This document shows positions 42,201 to 56,475 of a stretch of DNA of 64,000 bases, in pieces (positions within the stretch are counted from its first letter, which is position 1; every line of letters begins with the position of its first letter). A program made the position numbers and the translations under genes. The DNA is from Antedon mediterranea (lineage: Eukaryota; Animalia; Echinodermata). Below the pieces are notes generated by a model. The model was not told the DNA's origin and ran no database searches. It saw only the letters and a list, made by a program, of their open reading frames with translations. Location: assembly GCF_964355755.1 (NCBI RefSeq), contig NC_092675.1, positions 13,488,912 through 13,552,911 on the forward strand, read 5' to 3'.

Positions 42201-45200
42201 TTTGGAGACGTTTTAGACCATTTTGTGCATTTCGATGGAACTTGGTTACACAAAAACATCAAAGTGCTTAAAATCACATTATAAATCGTTTTAGACCATT
42301 TTGAGCATTTCGACAAAACTTTTTCACACAAAATACAAAAGTGCTTAGAATAGCTTCAAATCGCATTTGGAGACGTTTTAGACCATTTTGTGATTTTCGA
42401 AAAAACTTTTTAACATAAAAACACCAAAGTGCTTAGAATAGCTTCAAATCACATTTGGAGACGTTTTAGACCATTTTGTGATTTTCGAAAAAACTTGTTA
42501 ACATAAAAACACGAAAGTGCATAGAATAGCTTCAAATCGCATTTGGAAACGTTTTAGACCATTTTGTGATTTTCGAAAAAAATTGTTAACATAAAAACAC
42601 CAAAGTGCTTAGAATCACATTATAAACCGTTTTAGACCATTTTGAGCATTTCGATAACAATTTTCACACAAAAACATCAAAGAGCACAAATTAGCTTAAT
42701 ATCGTATTTAAAAATGTTTTAGACCATTTTGAGCATTTAGATAAAACTTTTTCACACAAAACACCAAAGTGCTTAGAATAGCTTCAAATCGCATTTGGAG
42801 ACGTTTTAGACCATTTTGTGATTTTTGAAAAAACTTGTTAACATAAAAACACCAAAGTGCTTAGAATAGCTTCAAATCACATTTGGAGACGTTTTAGACC
42901 ATTTTGTGATTTTCGAAAAAACTTGTTAACATAAAAACACGAAAGTGCTTAGAATAGCTTCAAATCGCATTTGGAAACGTTTTAGACCATTTTGTGATTT
43001 TCGAAAAAACTTGTTAACATAAAAACACGAAAGTGCTTAGAATAGCTTCAAATCGCATTTGGAGACGTTTTAGACCATTTTGTGATTTTCGAAAAAACTT
43101 GTTAACATAAAAACACGAAAGTGCTTAGAATAGCTTCAAATCACATTTGGAGACGTTTTAGACCATTTTGTGATTTTTGAAAAAACTTGTTAACATAAAA
43201 ACACGAAAGTGCTTAGAAAAACTTCAAATCGCATTTGGAAACGTTTTAGACCAATTTGTGCATTTCGATGAAACTTGATTACACAAAAACATCAAAGTGC
43301 TTAAAATCACATTATAAACCGTTTTAGACCATTTTGAGCATTTCGATAACACTTTTCACACAAAAACATTAAAGAGCACAAAATAGCTTAATATCGTATT
43401 TAAAAACGTTTTAGACCATTTTGAGCATTTAGACAAAACTTTTTCACACAAAACACCAAAGTGCTTAGAATAGCTTCAAATCGCATTTGGAGACGTTTTA
43501 GACCATTTTGTGCATTTCGATGAAACTTGGTTACACAAAAACATCAAAGTGCTTAAAATCACATTATAAATCGTTTTAGACCATTTTGAGCATTTCGACA
43601 AAACTTTTTCACACAAAATACCAAAGTGCTTAGAATAGCTTCAAATCGCATTTCGAGACGTTTTAGACCATTTTGTGATTTTCGAAAAAACTTTTTAACA
43701 TAAAAACACCAAAGTGCTTAGAATAGCTTCAAATCACATTTGGAGACATTTTAGACCATTTTGTGATTTTCAAAAAAACTTGTTAACATAAAAACACGAA
43801 AGTTCTTAGAATAGCTTCAAATCGCATTTGGAAACGTTTTAGACCATTTTGTGATTTTCGAAAAAAATTGTTAACATAAAAACACCAAAGTGCTTAGAAT
43901 CACATTATAAACCGTTTTAGACCATTTTGAGCATTTCGATAACAATTTTCACACAAAAACATCAAAGAGCACAAAATAGCTTAATATCGTATTTAAAAAT
44001 GTTTTAGACCATTTTGAGCATTTAGATAAAACTTTTTCACACAAAACACCAAAGTGCTTAGAATAGCTTCAAATCGCATTTGGAGACGTTTTAGACCATT
44101 TTGTGATTTTTGAAAAAACTTGTTAACATAAAAACACCAAAGTGCTTAGAATAGCTTCAAATCACATTTTGATACGTTTTAGCCCATTTTGTGATTTTCG
44201 AAAAAACTTGTTAACATAAAAACACGAAAGTGCTTAGAATAGCTTCAAATCACATTTGGAGACGTTTTAGACCATTTTGTGATTTTTGAAAAAACTTGTT
44301 AACATAAAAACACGAAAGTGCTTAGAATAGCTTCAAATCGCATTTGGAAACGTTTTAGACCATTTTGTGATTTTCGAAAAAGATTGTTAACATAAAAACA
44401 CCAAAGTGCTTAGAATCACATTATAAACCGTTTTAGACCATTTTGAGCATTTCGATAACAATTTTCACACAAAAACATCAAAGAGCACAAAATAGCTTAA
44501 TATCGTATTTAAAAATGTTTTAGACCATTTTGAGCATTTAGATAAAACTTTTTCACACAAAACACCAAAGTGCTTAGAATAGCTTCAAATCGCATTTGGA
44601 GACGGTTTAGACCATTTTGTGATTTTGAAAAAACTTGTTAACATAAAAACACCAAAGTGCTTAGAATAGCTTCAAATCGCATTTGGAGACGTTTTAGACC
44701 ATTTTGTGATTTTCGAAAAAACTTGTTAACATAAAAACACCAAAGTGCTTAGAATAGCTTCAAATCGTATTTGGAGACGTTTTAGACCATTTTGAGATTT
44801 TCGAAAAAACTTGGTTACACAAAAACATCAAAGTGCTTAAAATCACATTATAAACCGTTTTAGACCATTTTGAGCATTTCGATAACACTTTTCACACAAA
44901 AACATCAAAGAGCACAAAATAGCTTAATATCGTATTTAAAAACGTTTTAGACCATTTTGAGCATTTCGACAAAACTTTTTCACACAAAACAACAAAGTGC
45001 TTAGAATAGCTTCAAATCGCATTTGGAGACGTTTTAGACCAATTTGTGATTTTTGAAAAAACTTGTTAACATAAAAACACCAAAGTGCTTAGAATAGCTT
45101 CAAATCACATTTGGAGACGTTTTAGACCATTTTGTGATTTTCGAAAAAACTTGTTAACATAAAAACACGAAAGTGCTTAGAATAGCTTCAAATCGCCTTT

Positions 45201-48200
45201 GGAAACGTTTTAGACCATTTTGTGATTTTCGAAAAAACTTGTTAACATAAAAACACGAAAGTGCTTAGAATCACTTTATAAACCGTTTTAGACCATTTTG
45301 AGCATTTCGATAACAATTTTCACACAAAAACATCAAAGAGCACAAAATAGCTTAATATCGTATTTAAAAATGTTTTAGACCATTTTGAGCATTTAGATAA
45401 AACTTTTTCACACAAAACACCAAAGTGCTTAGAATAGCTTCAAATCGCATTTGGAGACGTTTTAGACCATTTTGTGATTTTTGAAAAAACTTGTTAACAT
45501 AAAAAAACCAAAGTGCTTAGAATAGCTTCAAATCACATTTGGAGATGTTTTAGACCATTTTGTGATTTTTGAAAAAACTTGTTAACATAAAAACACGAAA
45601 GTGCTTAGAATAGCTTCAAATCGCATTTGGAAACGTTTTAGACCATTTTGTGATTTTCGAAAAATATTGTTAACATAAAAACACCAATGTGCTTAGAATC
45701 ACATTATAAACCGTTTTAGACCATTTTGAGCATTTCGATAACAATTTTCACACAAAAACATCAAAGAGCACAAAATAGCTTAATATCGTATTTATAAATG
45801 TTTTAGACCATTTTGAGCATTTCGACAAAACTTTTTCACACAAAACACCAAAGTGCTTAGAATAGCTTCAAATCGCATTTGGAGACGTTTTTTATACCAT
45901 TTTGTGATTTCGATGAAACTTGATTACACAAAAACATCAAAGTGCTTAAAATCACATTATAAACCGTTTTAGACCATTTTGAGCATTTCGATAACACTTT
46001 TCACACAAAAACATCAAAGAGCACAAAATAGCTTAATATCGTATTTAAAAACGTTTTAGACCATTTTGAGCATTTAGACAAAACTTTTTCACACAAAACA
46101 CCAAAGTGCTTAGAATAGCTTCAAATCGCATTTGGAGACGTTTTAGAACATTTTGTGTTTTTCGAAAAAAACTGTTAACATAAAAACACCAAAGTGCTTA
46201 GAATAGCTTCAAATCGCATTTGGAGACGTTTTAGACCATTTTGTGATTTTTGAAAAAACTTGTTAACATAAAAACACCAAAGTGCTTAGAATAGCTTCAA
46301 ATCACATTTGGAGACGTTTTAGACCATTTTGTGATTTTCGAAAAAACTTGTTAACATAAAAACACGAAAGTGCTTAGAATAGCTTCAAATCGCATTTGGA
46401 AACGTTTTAGACCATTTTGTGATTTTCGAAAAAGATTGTTAACATAAAAACACCAAAGTGCTTAGAATCACAATATAAACCGTTTTAGACCATTTTGAGC
46501 ATTTCGATAACAATTTTCACACAAAAACATCAAAGAGCACAAAATAGCTTAATATCGTATTTAAAAATGTTTTAGACCATTTTGAGCATTTAGATAAAAC
46601 TTTTTCACACAAAACACCAAAGTGCTTAGAATAGCTTCAAATCGCATTTGGAGACGTTTTAGACCATTTTGTGATTTTCGAAAAAACTTGTTAACATAAA
46701 AACACCAAAGTGCTTAGAATAGCTTCAAATCGTATTTGGAGACGTTTTAGACCATTTTGAGATTTTCGAAAAAACTTGGTTACACAAAAACATCAAAGTG
46801 CTTAAAATCACATTATAAACCGTTTTAGACCATTTTGAGCATTTCGATAACACTTTTCACACAAAAACATCAAAGAGCACAAAATAGCTTAATATCGTAT
46901 TTAAAAACGTTTTAGACCATTTTGAGCATTTCGACAAAACTTTTTCACACAAAACACCAAAGTGCTTAGAATAGCTTCAAATCGCATTTGGAGACGTTTT
47001 AGACCAATTTGTGCATTTCGATGAAACTTGATTACACAAAAACATCAAAGTGCTTAAAATCACATTATAAACCGTTTTAGACCATTTTGAGCATTTCGAT
47101 AACACTTTTCACACAAAAACATCAAAGAGCACAAAATAGCTTAATATCGTATTTAAAAACGTTTTAGACCATTTTGAGCATTTAGACAAAACTTTTTCAC
47201 ACAAAACACCAAAGTGCTTAGAATAGCTTCAAATCGCATTTGGAGACGTTTTAGACCATTTTGTGCATTTCGATGAAACTTGGTTACACAAAAACATCAA
47301 AGTGCTTAAAATCACATTATAAATCGTTTTAGACCATTTTGAGCATTTCGACAAAACTTTTTCACACAAAATACCAAAGTGCTTAAAATAGCTTCAAATC
47401 GCATTTCGAGACGTTTTAGACCATTTTGTGATTTTCGAAAAAACTTTTTAACATAAAAACACCAAAGTGCTTAGAATAGCTTCAAATCACATTTGGAGAC
47501 ATTTTAGACCATTTTGTGATTTTCGAAAAAACTTGTTAACATAAAAACACGAAAGTGCTTAGAATATCTTCAAATCGCATTTGGAAACGTTTTAGACCAT
47601 TTTGTGATTTTCGAAAAAAATTGTTAACATAAAAACACCAAAGTGCTTAGAATCACATTATAAACCGTTTTAGACCATTTTGAGCATTTCGATAACAATT
47701 TTCACACAAAAACATCAAAGAGCACAAAATAGCTTAATATCGTATTTAAAAATGTTTTAGACCATTTTGAGCATTTAGATAAGACTTTTTCACACAAAAC
47801 ACCAAAGTCCTTAGAATAGCTTCAAATCGCATTTGGAGACGTTTTAGACCATTTTGTGATTTTTTAAAAAACTTGTTAACATAAAAACACCAAAGTGCTT
47901 AGAATAGCTTCAAATCACATTTGGAGACGTTTTAGACCATTTTGTGATTTTCGAAAAAACTTTTTAACATAAAAACACCAAAGTGCTTAGAATAGCTTCA
48001 AATCACATTTGGAGACGTTTTAGACCATTTTGTGATTTTTGAAAAAGATTGTTAACATAAAAACACCAAAGTGCTTAGAATCACATTATAAACCGTTTTA
48101 GACCATTTTGAGCATTTCGATAACAATTTTCACACAAAAACATCAAAGAGCACAAAATAGCTTAATATCGTATTTAAAAATGTTTTAGACCATTTTGAGC

Positions 48201-51200
48201 ATTTAGATAAAACTTTTTCACACAAAACACCAAAGTGCTTAGAATAGCTTCAAATCGCATTTGGAGACGGTTTAGACCATTTTGTGATTTTGAAAAAACT
48301 TGTTAACATAAAACACCAAAGTGCTTAGAATAGCTTCAAATCGCATTTGGAGACGTTTTAGACCATTTTGTGATTTTCGAAAAAACTTGTTAACATAAAA
48401 ACACCAAAGTGCTTAGAATAGCTTCAAATCGTATTTGGAGACGTTTTAGACCATTTTGAGATTTTCGAAAAAACTTGGTTACACAAAAACATCAAAGTGC
48501 TTAAAATCACATTATAAACCGTTTTAGACCATTTTGAGCATTTCGATAACACTTTTCACACAAAAACATCAAAGAGCACAAAATAGCTTAATATCGTATT
48601 TAAAAACGTTTTAGACCATTTTGAGCATTTCGACAAAACTTTTTCACACAAAACACCAAAGTGCTTAGAATAGCTTCAAATCGCATTTGGAGACGTTTTA
48701 GACCAATTTGTGCATTTCAATGAAACTTGATTACACAAAAACATCAAAGTGCTTAAAATCACATTATAAACCGTTTTAGACCATTTTGAGCATTTCGATA
48801 ACACTTTTCACACAAAAACATCAAAGAGCACAAAATAGCTTAATATCGTATTTAAAAACGTTTTAGACCATTTTGAGCATTTAGACAAAACTTTTTCACA
48901 CAAAAAACCAAAGTGCTTAGAATAGCTTCAAATCGCAATTGGAGACGTTTTAGACCATTTTGTGCATTTCGATGGAACTTGGTTACACAAAAACATCAAA
49001 GTGCTTAAAATCACATTATAAATCGTTTTAGACCATTTTGAGCATTTCGACAAAACTTTTTCACACAAAATACAAAAGTGCTTAGAATAGCTTCAAATCG
49101 CATTTGGAGACGTTTTAGACCATTTTGTGATTTTCGAAAAAACTTTTTAACATAAAAACACCAAAGTGCTTAGAATAGCTTCAAATCACATTTGGAGACG
49201 TTTTAGACCATTTTGTGATTTTCGAAAAAACTTGTTAACATAAAAACACGAAAGTGCTTAGAATAGCTTCAAATCGCATTTAGAAACGTTTTAGACCATT
49301 TTGTGATTTTCGAAAAAAATTGTTAACATAAAAACACCAAAGTGCTTAGAATCACATTATAAACCGTTTTAGACCATTTTGAGCATTTCGATAACAATTT
49401 TCACACAAAAACATCAAAGAGCACAAAATAGCTTAATATCGTATTTAAAAATGTTTTAGACCATTTTGAGCATTTAGATAAAACTTTTTCACACAAAACA
49501 CCAAAGTGCTTAGAATAGCTTCAAATCGCATTTGGAGACGTTTTAGACCAATTTGTGATTTTTGAAAAAACTTGTTAACATAAAAACACCAAAGTGCTTA
49601 GAATAGCTTCAAATCACATTTGGAGACGTTTTAGACCATTTTGTGATTTTGAACAAACTTGTTAACATAAAAACACCAAAGTGCTTAGAATAGCTTCAAA
49701 TCGCATTTGGAGACGTTTTAGACCATTTTGTGATTTTCGAAAAAACTTGTTAACATAAAAACACCAAAGTGCTTAGAATAGCTTCAAATCGTATTTGGAG
49801 ACGTTTTAGACCATTTTGAGATTTTCGAAAAAACTTGGTTACACAAAAACATCAAAGTGCTTAAAATCACATTATAAACCGTTTTAGACCATTTTGAGCA
49901 TTTCGATAACACTTTTCACACAAAAACATCAAAGAGCACAAAATAGCTTAATATCGTATTTAAAAACGTTTTAGACCATTTTGAGCATTTCGACAAAACT
50001 TTTTCACACAAAACACCAAAGTGCTTAGAATAGCTTCAAATCGCATTTGGAGACGTTTTAGACCAATTTGTGCATTTCGATGAAACTTGATTACACAAAA
50101 ACATCAAAGTGCTTAAAATCACATTATAAACCGTTTTAGACCATTTTGAGCATTTCGATAACACTTTTCACACAAAAACATCAAAGAGCACAAAATAGCT
50201 TAATATCGTATTTAAAAACGTTTTAGACCATTTTGAGCATTTAGACAAAACTTTTTCACACAAAACACCAAAGTGCTTAGAATAGCTTCAAATCGCATTT
50301 GGAGACGTTTTAGACCATTTTGTGCATTTCGATGAAACTTGGTTACACAAAAACATCAAAGTGCTTAAAATCACATTATAAATCGTTTTAGACCATTTTG
50401 AGCATTTCGACAAAACTTTTTCACACAAAATACCAAAGTGCTTAGAATAGCTTCAAATCGCATTTCGAGACGTTCTAGACCATTTTGTGATTTTCGAAAA
50501 AACTTTTTAACATAAAAACACCAAAGTGCTTAGAATAGCTTCAAATCACATTTGGAGACATTTTAGACCATTTTGTGATTTTCGAAAAAACTTGTTAACA
50601 TAAAAACACGAAAGTGCTTAGAATAGCTTCAAATCGCATTTGAAGACGTTTTAGACCAATTTGTGATTTTTGAAAAAACTTGTTAACATAAAAACACCAA
50701 AGTGCTTAGAATAGCTTCAAATCACATTTGGAGACGTTTTAGCCCATTTTGTGATTTTGAACAAACTTGTTAACATAAAAACACCAAAGTGCTTAGAATA
50801 GCTTCAAATCGCATTTGGAGACGTCTTAGACCATTTTGTGATTTTCGAAAAAACTTGTTAACATAAAAACACCAAAGTGCTTAAAATCACATTATAAACC
50901 GTTTTAGACCATTTTGAGTATTTCGATAACACTTTTCACACAAAAACATCAAAGAGCACAAAATAGCTTAATATCGTATTTAAAAACGTTTTAGACCATT
51001 TTGAGCATTTCGACAAAACTTTTTCACACAAAACACCAAAGTGCTTAGAATAGCTTCAAATCGCATTTGGAGACGTTTTAGACCAATTTGTGCATTTCGA
51101 TGAAACTTGATTACACAAAAACATCAAAGTGCTTAAAATCACATTATAAACCGTTTTAGACCATTTTGAGCATTTCGATAACACTTTTCACACAAAAACA

Positions 51201-54200
51201 TCAAAGAGCACAAAATAGCTTAATATCGTATTTAAAAACGTTTTAGACCATTTTGAGCATTTAGACAAAACTTTTTCACACAAAACACCAAAGTGCTTAG
51301 AATAGCTTCAAATCGCATTTGGAGACGTTTTAGACCATTTTGTGCATTTCGATGAAACTTGGTTACACAAAAACATCAAAGTGCTTAAAATCACATTATA
51401 AATCGTTTTAGACCATTTTGAGCATTTCGACAAAACTTTTTCACACAAAATACCAAAGTGCTTAGAATAGCTTCAAATCGCATTTCGAGACGTTTTAGAC
51501 CATTTTGTGATTTTCGAAAAAACTTTTTAACATAAAAACACCAAAGTGCTTAGAATAGCTTCAAATCACATTTGGAGACATTTTAGACCATTTTGTGATT
51601 TTCGAAAAAACTTGTTAACATAAAAACACGAAAGTGCTTAGAATAGCTTCAAATCGCATTTGGAAACGTTTTAGACCATTTTGTGATTTTCGAAAAAAAT
51701 TGTTAACATAAAAACACCAAAGTGCTTAGAATCACATTATAAACCGTTTTAGACCATTTTGAGCATTTCGATAACAATTTTCACACAAAAACATCAAAGA
51801 GCACAAAATAGCTTAATATCGTATTTAAAAATGTTTTAGACCATTTTGAGCATTTAGATAAAACTTTTTCACACAAAACACCAAAGTGCTTAGAATAGCT
51901 TCAAATCGCATTTGGAAACGTTTTAGACCATTTTGTGATTTTCGAAAAAAATTGTTAACATAAAAACACCAAAGTGCTTAGAATCACATTATAAACCGTT
52001 TTAGACCAATTTGAGCATTTCGATAACAATTTTCACACAAAAACATCAAAGAGCACAAAATAGCTTAATATCGTATTTAAAAATGTTTTAGACCATTTTG
52101 AGCATTTAGATAAAACTTTTTCACACAAAACACCAAAGTGCTTAGAATAGCTTCAAATCGCATTTGGAGACGTTTTAGACCATTTTGTGATTTTTGAAAA
52201 AAACTTGTTAACATAAAAACACCAAAGTGCTTAGAATAGCTTCAAATCGCATTTGGAGACGTTTTAGACCATTTTGTGATTTTCGAAAAAACTTTTTAAC
52301 ATAAAAACACCAAAGTGCTTAGAATAGCTTCAAATCACATTTGGAGACGTTTTAGACCATTTTGTGATTTTTGAAAAAACTTGTTAACATAAAAACACGA
52401 AAGTGCTTAGAATAGCTTCAAATCGCATTTGGAAACGTTTTAGACCATTTTGTGATTTTCGAAAAAGATTGTTAACATAAAAACACCAAAGTGTTTAGAA
52501 TAGCTTCAAATCGCATTTGGAGACGGTTTAGACCATTTTGTGATTTTGAAAAAACTTGTTAACATAAAAACACCAAAGTGCTTAGAATAGCTTCAAATCG
52601 CATTTGGAGACGTTTTAGACCATTTTGTGATTTTCGAAAAAACTTGTTAACATAAAAACACCAAAGTGCTTAGAATAGCTTCAAATCGTATTTGGAGACG
52701 TTTTAGACCATTTTGAGATTTTCGAAAAAACTTGGTTACACAAAAACATCAAAGTGCTTAAAATCACATTATAAACCGTTTTAGACCATTTTGAGCATTT
52801 CGATAACACTTTTCACACAAAAACATCAAAGAGCACAAAATAGCTTAATATCGTATTTAAAAACGTTTTAGACCATTTTGAGCATTTCGACAAAACTTTT
52901 TCACACAAAACACCAAAGTGCTTAGAATAGCTTCAAATCGCAATTGGAGACGTTTTAGACCAATTTGTGCATTTCGATGAAACTTGATTACACAAAAACA
53001 TCAAAGTGCTTAAAATCACATTATAAACCGTTTTAGACCATTTTGAGCATTTCGATAACACTTTTCACACAAAAACATCAAAGAGCACAAAATAGCTTAA
53101 TATCGTATTTAAAAATGTTTTAGACCATTTTGAGCATTTAGATAAAACTTTTTCACACAAAACACCAAAGTGCTTAGAATAGCTTCAAATCGCATTTGGA
53201 GACGTTTTAGACCATTTTGTGATTTTTGAAAAAACTTGTTAACATAAAAACACCAAAGTGCTTAGAATAGCTTCAAATCACATTTGGAGACGTTTTAGAC
53301 CATTTTGTGATTTTCGAAAAAACTTGTTAACATAAAAACACGAAAGTGCTTAGAATAGCTTCAAATCGCATTTGGAAACGTTTTAGACCATTTTGTGATT
53401 TTCGAAAAAACTTGTTAACATAAAAACACGAAAGTGCTTAGAATAGCTTCAAATCGCATTTGGAGACGTTTTAGACCATTTTGTGATTTTCGAAAAAACT
53501 TGTTAACATAAAAACACGAAAGTGCTTAGAATAGCTTCAAATCACATTTGGAGACGTTTTAGACCATTTTGTGATTTTTGAAAAAACTTGTTAACATAAA
53601 AACACGAAAGTGCTTAGAATAGCTTCAAATCGCATTTGGAAACGTTTTAGACCAATTTGTGCATTTCGATGAAACTTGATTACACAAAAACATCAAAGTG
53701 CTTAAAATCACATTATAAACCGTTTTAGACCATTTTGAGCATTTCGATAACACTTTTCACACAAAAACATTAAAGAGCACAAAATAGCTTAATATCGTAT
53801 TTAAAAACGTTTTAGACCATTTTGAGCATTTAGACAAAACTTTTTCACACAAAACACCAAAGTGCTTAGAATAGCTTCAAATCGCATTTGGAGACGTTTT
53901 AGACCATTTTGTGCATTTCGATGAAACTTGGTTACACAAAAACATCAAAGTGCTTAAAATCACATTATAAATCGTTTTAGACCATTTTGAGCATTTCGAC
54001 AAAACTTTTTCACACAAAATACCAAAGTGCTTAGAATAGCTTCAAATCGCATTTCGAGACGTTTTAGACCATTTTGTGATTTTCGAAAAAACTTTTTAAC
54101 ATAAAAACACCAAAGTGCTTAGAATAGCTTCAAATCACATTTGGAGACATTTTAGACCATTTTGTGATTTTCAAAAAAACTTGTTAACATAAAAACACGA

Positions 54201-56475
54201 AAGTTCTTAGAATAGCTTCAAATCGCATTTGGAAACGTTTTAGACCATTTTGTGATTTTCGAAAAAAATTGTTAACATAAAAACACCAAAGTGCTTAGAA
54301 TCACATTATAAACCGTTTTAGACCATTTTGAGCATTTCGATAACAATTTTCACACAAAAACATCAAAGAGCACAAAATAGCTTAATATCGTATTTAAAAA
54401 TGTTTTAGACCATTTTGAGCATTTAGATAAAACTTTTTCACACAAAACACCAAAGTGCTTAGAATAGCTTCAAATCGCATTTGGAGACGTTTTAGACCAT
54501 TTTGTGATTTTTGAAAAAACTTGTTAACATAAAAACACCAAAGTGCTTAGAATAGCTTCAAATCACATTTTGATACGTTTTAGCCCATTTTGTGATTTTC
54601 GAAAAAACATGTTAACATAAAAACACGAAAGTGCTTAGAATAGCTTCAAATCACATTTGGAGACGTTTTAGACCATTTTGTGATTTTTGAAAAAACTTGT
54701 TAACATAAAAACACGAAAGTGCTTAGAATAGCTTCAAATCGCATTTGGAAACGTTTTAGACCATTTTGTGATTTTCGAAAAAGATTGTTAACATAAAAAC
54801 ACCAAAGTGCTTAGAATCACATTATAAACCGTTTTAGACCATTTTGAGCATTTCGATAACAATTTTCACACAAAAACATCAAAGAGCACAAAATAGCTTA
54901 ATATCGTATTTAAAAATGTTTTAGACCATTTTGAGCATTTAGATAAAACTTTTTCACACAAAACACCAAAGTGCTTAGAATAGCTTCAAATCGCATTTGG
55001 AGACGGTTTAGACCATTTTGTGATTTTGAAAAAACTTGTTAACATAAAAACACCAAAGTGCTTAGAATAGCTTCAAATCGCATTTGGAGACGTTTTAGAC
55101 CATTTTGTGATTTTCGAAAAAACTTGTTAACATAAAAACACCAAAGTGCTTAGAATAGCTTCAAATCGTATTTGGAGACGTTTTAGACCATTTTGAGATT
55201 TTCGAAAAAACTTGGTTACACAAAAACATCAAAGTGCTTAAAATCACATTATAAACCGTTTTAGACCATTTTGAGCATTTCGATAACACTTTTCACACAA
55301 AAACATCAAAGAGCACAAAATAGCTTAATATCGTATTTAAAAACGTTTTAGACCATTTTGAGCATTTCGACAAAACTTTTTCACACAAAACACCAAAGTG
55401 CTTAGAATAGCTTCAAATCGCATTTGGAGACGTTTTAGACCAATTTGTGATTTTTGAAAAAACTTGTTAACATAAAAACACCAAAGTGCTTAGAATAGCT
55501 TCAAATCACATTTGGAGACGTTTTAGACCATTTTGTGATTTTCGAAAAAACTTGTTAACATAAAAACACGAAAGTGCTTAGAATAGCTTCAAATCGCATT
55601 TGGAGACGTTTTAGAACATTTTGTGTTTTTCGAAAAAAACTGTTAACATAAAAACACCAAAGTGCTTAGAATAGCTTCAAATCGCATTTGGAGACGTTTT
55701 AGACCATTTTGTGATTTTTGAAAAAACTTGTTAACATAAAAACACCAAAGTGCTTAGAATAGCTTCAAATCACATTTGGAGACGTTTTAGACCATTTTGT
55801 GATTTTCGAAAAAAATTGTTGACATAAAAACACCAAAGTGCTTAGAATCACATTATAAACCGTTTTAGACCATTTTGAGCATTTCGATAAAAATTTTCAC
55901 AAAAAAACATCAAAGAGCACAAAATAGCTTAATATCGTATTTAAAAATGTTTTAGACCATTTTGAGCATTTAGATAAAACTTTTTCACACAAAACACCAA
56001 AGTGCTTAGAATAGCTTCAAATCGCATTTGGAGACGTTTTAGACCATTTTGTGATTTTTGAAAAAACTTGTTAACATAAAAACACCAAAGTGCTTAGAAT
56101 AGCTTCAAATCACATTTGGAGACGTTTTAGACCATTTTGTGATTTTCGAAAAAACTTGTTAACATAAAAACACGAAAGTGCTTAGAATAGCTTCAAATCG
56201 CATTTGGAAACGTTTTAGACCATTTTGTGATTTTCGAAAAAACTTGTTAACATAAAAACACGAAAGTGCTTAGAATAGCTTCAAATCGCATTTGGAGACG
56301 TTTTAGACCATTTTGTGATTTTCGAAAAAAACTTGTTAACATAAAAACACGAAAGTGCTTAGAATAGCTTCAAATCACATTTGGAGACGTTTTAGACCAT
56401 TTTGTGATTTTTGAAAAAACTTGTTAACATAAAAACACGAAAGTGCTTAGAACAGCTTCAAATCGCATTTGGAAA

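Larger units (their letters stand above)
20716..55814. repeat. Macro-repeat with period 15,965-15,966 bp (copy 1 ~20,716-36,680; copy 2 ~36,681-52,645; partial copy 3 to ~55,814)
   Basis: Rare variants at a constant offset: GAACAT 24,385/40,351; AACATGTT 22,675/38,641/54,606; GAATATC 31,602/47,567; GACGTCTT 34,860/50,825; GCAATT 36,978/52,943. Confidence 0.92.
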
